From an uncultured virus (IMG/VR IMGVR_UViG_3300048762_000476) (lineage: Duplodnaviria > Heunggongvirae > Uroviricota > Caudoviricetes), in IMG/VR virus record IMGVR_UViG_3300048762_000476: 64,000 nucleotides of DNA; one strand, written 5' to 3'. The number at the start of each line of letters is the position of its first letter. Positions within the stretch are counted from its first letter, which is position 1. The notes beneath the pieces were generated by a model. That model did no database searches. It was not told the DNA's origin and saw only the letters and a program-made list of their open reading frames with translations. Shown piece after piece: positions 56,856-64,000 of this stretch. The position numbers and the translations under genes are program-made.

Positions 56856-57950
56856 CTACGCCGCGGGCGGTGAGATCAATGAGCGCAGGTCGTGTGTCGC
56901 GAGCGTGAGCTCACCGCCGGCATGCTCGAGGCGCACCGCTACGTGTCGGCCGTCAGCGGTCGGCACGAGGATGATGCGGGCGCCCCCCGCCGGAGTCTCG
57001 ATCGCGAGAGCGGCGCAATCACCATTCCCGGAGGCCGGGAAGCGGGCCGTTGGCGCACCGTACGCCGGGGCGGACAGCGCCGGCGCGGGCGCGGCGGACT
57101 GGCCTTCTGGCGACAGAGGGGCTGTGCCGCTGATGACGCGCAGTGCCGGCCGGTCGGGGCTGCCGGCGCGTTTGCTGCGACGCGTTGGCTTCGGTCGTGG
57201 CTCGTATGCTGGAGCTTCCTCGGTCAGCGATTCGCCACGAGCCTCCCCGTCGCTGCCGCCGTCGCGGGTGCGAAGCATGCGGCGGGCGGTTTGTGCGGGC
57301 ATCTCGATCGTTTGGTCGGCGAGCTCGCGCAGCCGTGCCGCCGGTCTGTGGCGCTCGGGTGCGATGACGGTGATCAGGACGCCGGCGTCGCGCGCCAGTT
57401 CGACCGCCGGGGCGAAGTCGGAGTCGCCGGCGAGCAGCAGCGCTTGACTGAGCGCGCCGCGCTCGGCGAGGCGCACAAGGTCGAGCGCAAGCATGATGTC
57501 GACGCCCTTCTGGCGGCGGATCGGCGCGAGCGGATAGCGCGCTTCGAACTCACCGAGATCGACGTCCATGCCGATTAGCGTGGCGCGAACGTCACGATGC
57601 CAGTCGGGGATCACGTCGGCGAGGTGGCCGAGGCGCGGCTGGATCAGGTCGAGCTTGCCGATCGCTTGCAGGAAGCGCTGCTGGGCCTGCGCGTAGGGGT
57701 GCCCCGTGTCGTAGGCGCCGTCGTACCAGTAGACGCGCCGGCATGCACGCGGGGTGAGAACTTCGGCCCACCCTCCGAGTAGCCAGTCACGTACGGCGCA
57801 GACGTCGAGCCGCTTGTCGTGCGGGCTTGTGCCAGCGGCGACGCAGACGGCGCGCTGAAAGTAGTGCGCGTCGACGAACGCCATCGCCGGCGGATGCGCT
57901 GTGCTGCGGCGCGACGCGAGCGCCGACGCCGCGGTGAGCGCGGTTGCCAT
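56856..57950 (-). CDS. NYN (LabA/DUF88, PIN-like) domain protein with C-terminal extension
   Basis: FVDAHY, RVYWYDG, RQKGVD..LALDL, LLAGDSDF.PAV...RDAG, LRELAD. Confidence 0.9.
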   Translation of the reverse strand: MATALTAASALASRRSTAHPPAMAFVDAHYFQRAVCVAAGTSPHDKRLDVCAVRDWLLGGWAEVLTPRACRRVYWYDGAYDTGHPYAQAQQRFLQAIGKLDLIQPRLGHLADVIPDWHRDVRATLIGMDVDLGEFEARYPLAPIRRQKGVDIMLALDLVRLAERGALSQALLLAGDSDFAPAVELARDAGVLITVIAPERHRPAARLRELADQTIEMPAQTARRMLRTRDGGSDGEARGESLTEEAPAYEPRPKPTRRSKRAGSPDRPALRVISGTAPLSPEGQSAAPAPALSAPAYGAPTARFPASGNGDCAALAIETPAGGARIILVPTADGRHVAVRLEHAGGELTLATHDLRSLISPPAA

Positions 57951-58127
57951 GTGGACACTCCTTTCGGGTCGAGAGAATGGTGCGGATCGCCGTCCCGGCG
58001 ATTGCCTTGGCGGCCGTGCGAGAGTCTGCTCGCGGAGCCCCTTTCCATGCAGGAACTGCGGCGTTAGCCACTCGTGGCGGCATCATCGGCCTCCCTTGCA
58101 GTTGGTTATCAGGGTGCAGGCCGCGCG

Positions 58128-58739
58128 TTATGCGCGGGCTGGCACGCTCGGTGCGCGCCCGAGCAGCTGGTCGTGGAGCGCGCCGAGCAGCCGCTCCCTT
58201 TGCGGGTTGCGCTGCTCGTCGTCTTCGCTGTCACCGATGTCCAGTTCGATGACGTCGGCGACCGCGGTATAGAGCTCTTCGGGGAGCGGCTCGCCGCCGT
58301 GGATTAGGTCGCGGGCGCGCTCCAGTTCGGACTCACGTTCGGGGTTTCGCGCGTGGTCACCTTCACGGCCGGCGAGATCGCGTTCGAGGAGGTCACCGAC
58401 GAGCGGTGGCAGCGTCAGCGCGGCGGCCATGAAGAACACCGGCATCCGTGCCCGTCGCTGCTCACCGCTGTTGAGACAGACGAGCACCTTCGGGCTGTAG
58501 CTTGGGTCGCGCTCGAGTTCGTCCTGGGCGATCGCGGCAAGTATGTCGCTGGTCGGGCTCAGCAGTAGCTCGCTGGTTTCGGCGTGCTCGTAGAGGAGCG
58601 CGAACGCGGGGATCTCGCCGCCGCGACCGGCGAGGATATGAGCGTAGGTTTGGTTGGTGTACTCGCCGCAGGTCGCGGCGAGCTCGCGCAAGCGGTGAAG
58701 ACGAGAGTCGTTCGTGCCCGCGCTGGTGGCGTTGCTCAT
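58128..58739 (-). CDS. Hypothetical protein, RLRELA family paralogue (203 aa)
   Basis: RBS GAAAGGA; similar to 55961-56479. Confidence 0.72.
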   Translation of the reverse strand: MSNATSAGTNDSRLHRLRELAATCGEYTNQTYAHILAGRGGEIPAFALLYEHAETSELLLSPTSDILAAIAQDELERDPSYSPKVLVCLNSGEQRRARMPVFFMAAALTLPPLVGDLLERDLAGREGDHARNPERESELERARDLIHGGEPLPEELYTAVADVIELDIGDSEDDEQRNPQRERLLGALHDQLLGRAPSVPARA

Positions 58740-58799
58740 GCGATGTCCTTTCGCTTGCGCGCGCTCGAGGCCACGGGGCCCGGCGAGCGCTCGGCGGAT

Positions 58800-59441
58800 T
58801 CAGTGGCCGGTGCGGGCGCTCAGTCGCCCCATTGAATTCTCCTCAGCTGCTGAGAACTCGAGCGCGGCGATGAGCGCCTGATCGGCGGCGAGTCCGTCGT
58901 CGGTCTGCTCGAAGTAGACGCGCTGCGCGGAGGTCGTGACAACGCCCTGTTCTTCGAGCCAGGCGACCGTCTCGTTGCGCTTGGCCTGCTCCACGCAGGC
59001 GCCGGCGATGTCGAGCAGCCCGTCAGGCAGCGTGGGCTCGCTGAAGCGCTCGAGCAGCGCCTGGGCGTGCGCGCCGTCGCGGACGGCGGCCTCGAGCTCG
59101 GCGAGGCGGATCAGCCGCTCGCGGGTGAGCGGGTTGATCAGCCAGCGCAGAGCCTCCCCGCCCGCCGCCCAGAGCTCGCGGCGGGCGACGATCGCCGTGT
59201 CCTCGGCGAGGTTCTCGGAGAACACGTTGAGGCCAAGCCCGTGCAACGCGGCGATCAGCAGGTCGTAGGAGTGGATGCCGTCGGCGGCTTCCTCTGAGTC
59301 GATGGCGAGCACACGCCCGACGCCGCTGAGGGTGAACACCTCGCCGTCGGCGTCGGCGATCAGCTCGCGCACCTCGTCGGTGAGCTCGTCGAGCGCGGGC
59401 ATCGGGTATGCGCGAACGCGCGTTTCGGCACGGTCACTCAT
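58800..59441 (-). CDS. Hypothetical protein (213 aa)
   Basis: ATGA-coupled to the upstream gene; RBS GAGGAGAG. Confidence 0.72.
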   Translation of the reverse strand: MSDRAETRVRAYPMPALDELTDEVRELIADADGEVFTLSGVGRVLAIDSEEAADGIHSYDLLIAALHGLGLNVFSENLAEDTAIVARRELWAAGGEALRWLINPLTRERLIRLAELEAAVRDGAHAQALLERFSEPTLPDGLLDIAGACVEQAKRNETVAWLEEQGVVTTSAQRVYFEQTDDGLAADQALIAALEFSAAEENSMGRLSARTGH

Positions 59442-59815
59442 CGTCCGCTCTCCTCGCCGGCGCCACCCTCGGCCGTGGACTCCTCGGCTGCCCGCGTGAC
59501 GAGCTCGATCACGCTGGTCGGCACGTGAACGGTGCCGTCCTCTTGCAGGTAGCGCGGGTTGACTGCCTCCGGGTGGTCGAGGCGTATCTGCACACGCTGT
59601 CCGGTGGCGGGTGCTGCGACGACGCCGGTCTGGCCTTCGATGTAGCGAGGCTTGATGCGTCCGATGCGCACGCGGTCGCCGATGCGAAGCGACGCAGCGA
59701 GCTCGGCGGCGAGCTGCTCGCGGCGTACGCCAGCCGTTCGGACGACGCGGTCGAGGTCGCCGCCGGTCTTGATGTCGAGGATTGCGTTGAGGGTCTCGTT
59801 GATGGTGGTGGACAT
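59438..59815 (-). CDS. Hypothetical protein with SH3/KOW-like barrel (125 aa)
   Basis: LRIGDRVRI..IKPRYI.GQTG.V......VQIRLD; RBS GAAAGG. Confidence 0.7.
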   Translation of the reverse strand: MSTTINETLNAILDIKTGGDLDRVVRTAGVRREQLAAELAASLRIGDRVRIGRIKPRYIEGQTGVVAAPATGQRVQIRLDHPEAVNPRYLQEDGTVHVPTSVIELVTRAAEESTAEGGAGEESGR

Positions 59816-60061
59816 TGGAAGCCTTTCTGGCCCGATAGCGGACCGTCTATTTGGTGTCGTTAGGAGTGCTGCGCGGCCGCCGGTGCTGGCCCGCGTGGGT
59901 TTAGTGGCGCGGCGCGAGCAGGTCGAGTGGGCAGACGGAATCGCGGCGCGCGGCGTCGAGCAGGGCGGCGTTGCCGATGCCGCGGTTGTAGGTGGCGAGC
60001 GCGAACTCGCCGGCGGGCATCACGATGGACGCCAGCGAGCCGATCAGGATGATGTCGCGCG

Positions 60062-60520
60062 CTATGCCGCTTGCTGATGGGTGAGGCGGACGCGCTCCTC
60101 GAGCGCGGCGTAGAGGTCTGTCACCTGGGCGCGGCCGAGCTGCGCCGCTTTGCCGGTCTCGGCACCGAATACGCGGCGGAGCACCGAATCCTCGACGGGC
60201 CCGAGTACGTCCATCCAGTCGTTGCCGGCGTCCTCGCGTTCGAGGTCGTCGAACTGCGGGTATTCGCCGTCCTGCTCGGGCGGCGGGATCTTCACGCGTC
60301 CGATACGGCGCGCCTGGCCGGCGACAGTCCTCGGCTCGTAGCCGAGGCTGAGGAGCCGCGGGTGCGACGCGAAGATCCCGGCGATCCGGGCGAGCAGGTA
60401 GTCGGTCCCAGCACGCAGCGCGAGCTCGCCCTCGGGCGCGAGGCGTGCGATCTCGCGCAACTCGAGCGCGAGCGGTGTGTGAGTTTCTTCCTCAGCGGCG
60501 CTAAGGGGCAGGTACCGCAT
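60062..60520 (-). CDS. Hypothetical protein (152 aa)
   Basis: RBS GAAAGGA; ends QQAA. Confidence 0.72.
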   Translation of the reverse strand: MRYLPLSAAEEETHTPLALELREIARLAPEGELALRAGTDYLLARIAGIFASHPRLLSLGYEPRTVAGQARRIGRVKIPPPEQDGEYPQFDDLEREDAGNDWMDVLGPVEDSVLRRVFGAETGKAAQLGRAQVTDLYAALEERVRLTHQQAA

Positions 60521-60830
60521 GAATTCGTCCTTTCGTTCGTGTTGGCTCAGCCGCAGGCGGTGCCCGCGAACTCAGCGTTGGCAGGCGAGCGGACGAGCAC
60601 GCCGGCTCGCCCGCCTGCTTCTAGCTTGGAAGCGTCGGGTCATCTGCGGGGTGGGGCGCTCCGAGTTCGACGCGCGGCGGCGTCGAGGCAGAGCCCGGCG
60701 GCGGCGAGGTGAGACCCGCCGCGGGAGCGCGCCGATCAAGAACGCGCTCAAGCGGCTGGATCGGGGTCTCTCTCAACTCGCCCGGCAGCTTCTGCGGCCC
60801 GCGCGGGCGCAGAGCCTCGCGGGCGCAGGG

Positions 60831-61499
60831 TCAGCCGCCGAGCAGCAGTCGCTCGGCGTCGCTTGGATCGAGCGGGCGCCGCGTCCAGCGCGCGAGGCGC
60901 GCGGGCACGATCGCGCCGCGTGGTGCTGAGAGCGGGCCGTGGCGATCGGCCCACCAGACACCGTCGAGATCGCGGTGCTCGTCTTCGACGAAACAGAGGA
61001 GCAGCGCGTCGAACGCGTCGAGCTCCGGTGGCTTCATCGCGATGCGCTTTTCGAGCGTCTCGGTGGCGAGGTAGGCGACGACGCGGCGAATCTTCTGCTC
61101 GCTGTCGCCGTCCGCCTGGGCGAGCGCTTCGGCGCGTGTGGCGTGGTGGGTGGTCAGCGTGTCTTCGAGTTCGCTGTCCCAGCAGCGGCGGGCGTGCAGG
61201 AAGCGGCGCTCGACGAGGCCGCGGCCGAGACCCCACAGCGCGACCCGGAGCCGGGACTTTTCACGGAGCGCCCAGTAGTCGAGGAACGCGCCGCCTGCCC
61301 GCTCGAGCAGATGCCACGGGCGGCCGCCGAGGCGGCCGATCGCCTCCCACTCCTCGGGATGACGCGACACCGAGAGGGCGTGCGCCTCCCAGGAGAAGGC
61401 GCCCTTCTCGGCGGGGTCGAGGGTGCCGATGTGGCAGACGCGCGAGAGCCGCACGATCGGCGGGCGCAGAAGCGGCGCGCCCACATATCCGGTGCCCAT
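60831..61499 (-). CDS. Hypothetical protein, possible ADP-ribosyltransferase-like fold
   Basis: V.HIGTL and LSVS..P..W..I..LG near the N-terminus; DGVWW...SAPRG near the C-terminus. Confidence 0.6.
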   Translation of the reverse strand: MGTGYVGAPLLRPPIVRLSRVCHIGTLDPAEKGAFSWEAHALSVSRHPEEWEAIGRLGGRPWHLLERAGGAFLDYWALREKSRLRVALWGLGRGLVERRFLHARRCWDSELEDTLTTHHATRAEALAQADGDSEQKIRRVVAYLATETLEKRIAMKPPELDAFDALLLCFVEDEHRDLDGVWWADRHGPLSAPRGAIVPARLARWTRRPLDPSDAERLLLGG

Positions 61500-61503
61500 A
61501 CGG

Positions 61504-62097
61504 CTAGGGCTGATTGGAGCGCACGACGCTTTCGAGATGCTCTTTGATCAGCGTCGAGGCCCGCTCAGCGATGTGCTTGCTCCACGCGTGCGCGCGCGCG
61601 AGCGCGACGTCGAACGGCACGGCTTCTCTCTCGGCGATCCCGCCGACGTCCTCCTCGGTGAACACGCACCGGATGAGTTCCGCCGGGGGGCTGGCGAGGA
61701 TCTGGAAATCGACGAGCACGCGGGCGACGCGACCGACAAGGAAGTCCTCGCCGTCGACGTCGCTCGGCTCGCTGATCTCGGCGTAGACGGGGTAGAGGCC
61801 GTCGCCGACGCCGGTGGATACGGCGACGGCGGTGCCGAAGCGCTCGTCGGGTGCGCCGCGTTGCGGTCCGAGGATTCCCGCGCGCTCGCGCGAGCTTTTC
61901 GCGACCCAACATGCCTCGCGCGAGAACGGCAGCTCAGGAGCCGCGTGCTCGCGCATGTGGTTGAGGTCGGGGCACCCTGACGGCAAGAGGTCGTCGAGGT
62001 TTGTGGTGGTTGAGTCGAAGGTCGCGAGCACCGCGGGATCGGCGAGCACGACGCACGCGCTGTCGATCGCGAGATGCCCGATGAGGACTCGCTTCAT
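61504..62097 (-). CDS. DUF4241-like protein
   Basis: IG.LAIDS..VVLADP and AVSTGVGDGLYPVYA. Confidence 0.65.
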   Translation of the reverse strand: MKRVLIGHLAIDSACVVLADPAVLATFDSTTTNLDDLLPSGCPDLNHMREHAAPELPFSREACWVAKSSRERAGILGPQRGAPDERFGTAVAVSTGVGDGLYPVYAEISEPSDVDGEDFLVGRVARVLVDFQILASPPAELIRCVFTEEDVGGIAEREAVPFDVALARAHAWSKHIAERASTLIKEHLESVVRSNQP

Positions 62098-62329
62098 GGT
62101 TCTCTCCTGTCGGTAGGGGTGGATGCCCGTCCAGCGGCACGCAGCAGCACGGCGGCGGCGGCGGTCGTGTCCGGGGAGGGCGTTGGGCGGCCGGCGTGGA
62201 TCGCGTGCGCTCAGCGCAGCGCGATCGTGTCGTCCCAGGTGGTGGCGTGGACTCTGCGAGCGAGGTCGACGAACCCACGTGGCGCCCGAGCGTCGGCCGT
62301 GTGGGCGACGAGGTCAGTGGCGTGGGCGC

Positions 62330-63025
62330 TCAGCTGGATCTCTGCTCGCCGGATGCGCGGCTGGGAGCGCCGCCGACGGCGCTGGCGGCGATCAGGTAGA
62401 CGTCTTCGTCCCCGAGCTGGTAGTGGTACGGGATGCCGCTGCGCAGCGCGGCGGTGATCTCTGCTAGGTCAGCGCCGTCAACGTCCCCGAGCGCGTCAGC
62501 GATCTCCTCGTATGAGAGGAAGCCGGCGCGCACGGTGCGCTCGGGGGCAAGGTCCGCTTGGTGGTCGACGATCAGGCGAAGGATCGCGGGCTCGCTCGCT
62601 GTCGTAGCCGCAGCGCCGAGCCCTGCGTGCGCGAAGACGCTGCGTAGGCGGTCGAACTCTTCGTCGGTCTCGTGGTTCGCGCTCTGCTCGGTCTCGGCGT
62701 TCCATCCCTCGATGAGCGCGAGGAGGCAGCGCTCGACCTGGGCGCAGACGGCGAGCCCGATCGGCGCTTCAACCTGCACGTAGGACGCGCCTGCGTTTTT
62801 GGTGTGGAAGTCGACTTCGACGACGCGCACGCCGCACCACGGGCGCTCGTGTCGCGCGGAGCATTCGCGGTCGAAGTAGTCGATGATCGAGACGACGACG
62901 CCCTTGGCGCGTTCCTCTGTGGTGAGGATCTCGGCTTCGATCCAGCGCTCGAGGTACCGGATCGCCTCGCGGTAGTTCAGCGGTGCGGTTGGCTGCGCGC
63001 GGGTAGTTGATGGCATCTCAGCCAT
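62330..63025 (-). CDS. Hypothetical protein (231 aa)
   Basis: Start MAEMPS (RBS GAAAGGAG). Confidence 0.7.
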   Translation of the reverse strand: MAEMPSTTRAQPTAPLNYREAIRYLERWIEAEILTTEERAKGVVVSIIDYFDRECSARHERPWCGVRVVEVDFHTKNAGASYVQVEAPIGLAVCAQVERCLLALIEGWNAETEQSANHETDEEFDRLRSVFAHAGLGAAATTASEPAILRLIVDHQADLAPERTVRAGFLSYEEIADALGDVDGADLAEITAALRSGIPYHYQLGDEDVYLIAASAVGGAPSRASGEQRSS

Positions 63026-63110
63026 TTGTGCTCCTTTCCTTTGTAGTTGCGGTTGGGGTTGAGCGGACGCGCTCACGGCTCGGGTTCATGGCAGCGTGGG
63101 GCCGCGGAGC

Positions 63111-63380
63111 TCAGACTGCGTTGCTTGCGGCGCGCGCGACGAGCCGGCGTCTGCGGCCGAGACGCCGGCGGCGCCAGCCGGCGGCGCTCGGGTCCTGGGT
63201 GGCGGAGTGCCAGCGGTAGATGACGCGGCGTCAGGTTGCAGCCCTCCAGCCGATCTGCTCGCCTGGCGTGATGATCTCTGCGCAGTGCGCGCGGAGGACG
63301 AGATCGCTGGCGAGTGGTGTTGCGCGGGTGAGCGCGCGGCCGCAGTGGTAGCAATTGCCGCAGGTGATGGTGATGCGCAT
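63111..63380 (-). pseudogene. Small Cys-rich ORF of 49 aa, or 89-codon gene interrupted by TGA at 63231-63233
   Basis: RBS GAAAGGG; MRITITCGNCYHCGRAL...IGWRAAT*RRVIYRWH...AV*. Confidence 0.4.
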
Positions 63381-63422
63381 CGCGCCCTTTCTTTCCGTGG
63401 TTGGGTGTGCTCGCCGCGGCCG

Positions 63423-63998
63423 TTAGATGCCGAGGGTGAGCTGGACGTCGGGGGCAGGGGTGTCGCGTGCCTGTTCGGCGGCGAGTCGCGCGCGTTCGCG
63501 GCGATGAGCCGCGAGCAGCGCGTCAAGGTCAGCGACTTGCCACTCGCGCTCGGTGACGCGGCGGTGGATCTCTGCCGCGAGCCCGTGAGGGCCGCCAGCG
63601 TCTTTGACCGCCCACATGAACTGCCGCGCATGGTCGTCGACCTGCAGCAGCCCTTTTGCGTGCAGCACCAAGAGGGCCTGGTAGTCGGGGTTGGTGCGCG
63701 CGAGCAGCCAGAGCGTTTCGACGCCGCGTTCGCTCGCGGATTTCGGCTTGGGCCAATCGCGGCGCAGCGCCTCGGGGAGGTCCGCGAGCGTCGCCTTACG
63801 CGTGCCCGCCGGATTCCACTCGGTGGCGCCTGTCGGGATCCGAAGGACCTCGCCGGTGTGTACGTCGACTGCTTCGGTGCCGCCTTCGACGGATCCGCCG
63901 AGGTAGCAGACGAGTCGCTGGCCGCTGTCGCGCTGCTCAAGGCGCCAGATGCTGTAGAGCGCTCCGGGGCCTTCGTCGCCCCAGGGCAGGTGACGGTC
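63423..63998 (-). CDS. Hypothetical protein, 5' partial
   Basis: Frame open to the window edge (DRHLPWGDEG...); ends DVQLTLGI*. Confidence 0.7.
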   Translation of the reverse strand, partial: DRHLPWGDEGPGALYSIWRLEQRDSGQRLVCYLGGSVEGGTEAVDVHTGEVLRIPTGATEWNPAGTRKATLADLPEALRRDWPKPKSASERGVETLWLLARTNPDYQALLVLHAKGLLQVDDHARQFMWAVKDAGGPHGLAAEIHRRVTEREWQVADLDALLAAHRRERARLAAEQARDTPAPDVQLTLGI

Positions 63999-64000
63999 GC

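Larger units (their letters stand above)
21352..64000 (-). mobile_element. Putative large plasmid/ICE backbone (leading-region-like); boundaries not visible
   Basis: More than 40 co-oriented genes including ssb, ParB, DarB-like, orphan MTases, annealase and phage-like hypotheticals. No integrase, relaxase or structural genes in the window. Confidence 0.6.

Noticed and set aside
59901..60020. 39-aa ORF MPAGEFALATYNRG...
   Set aside because: Protein-like, but short with no clear RBS; insufficient support.
25199..64000. Prophage
   Set aside because: No terminase, capsid, tail or lysis genes; long spacers, ParB and DarB-like genes fit a plasmid/ICE better.
1..64000. CRISPR array, tRNA/rRNA, transposase, integrase or att site
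   Set aside because: No regularly spaced repeats, RNA-gene signatures or recombinase motifs seen by eye; a tRNAscan/Infernal run would be needed to exclude them.

Overview
High-GC actinobacterial DNA; the secreted-protein families and the double TetR suggest Thermoleophilia/Solirubrobacterales, which is an inference. The window has three parts. (1) 1-16.4 kb: dnaE2 (+), then a minus-strand locus of five secreted/surface proteins. Three are large and two of those share a basic two-Cys C-terminal tail. They are flanked by two paralogous small Cys/beta-rich proteins whose 5' leaders share a conserved hairpin with an identical 16-nt core. (2) 16.9-24.8 kb: regulators (tandem HxlR, DsbA-like, double TetR, three XRE genes each with an upstream palindrome, an AAA ATPase with a 10-bp-phased operator). 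(3) 25-64 kb: about 40 co-oriented minus-strand genes resembling the backbone or leading region of a large plasmid/ICE. These include SSB, a Rad52/Sak-like annealase, UvrD, an ATP-dependent ligase, ParB, five DNA methyltransferases (one a DarB-like MTase-helicase), a Mom-like GNAT, HNH, NYN and many small hypotheticals, several of them apparent pseudogenes. No integrase, relaxase, att site, tRNA, rRNA or CRISPR array was seen. All family calls come from motif recognition by eye; no searches were run.
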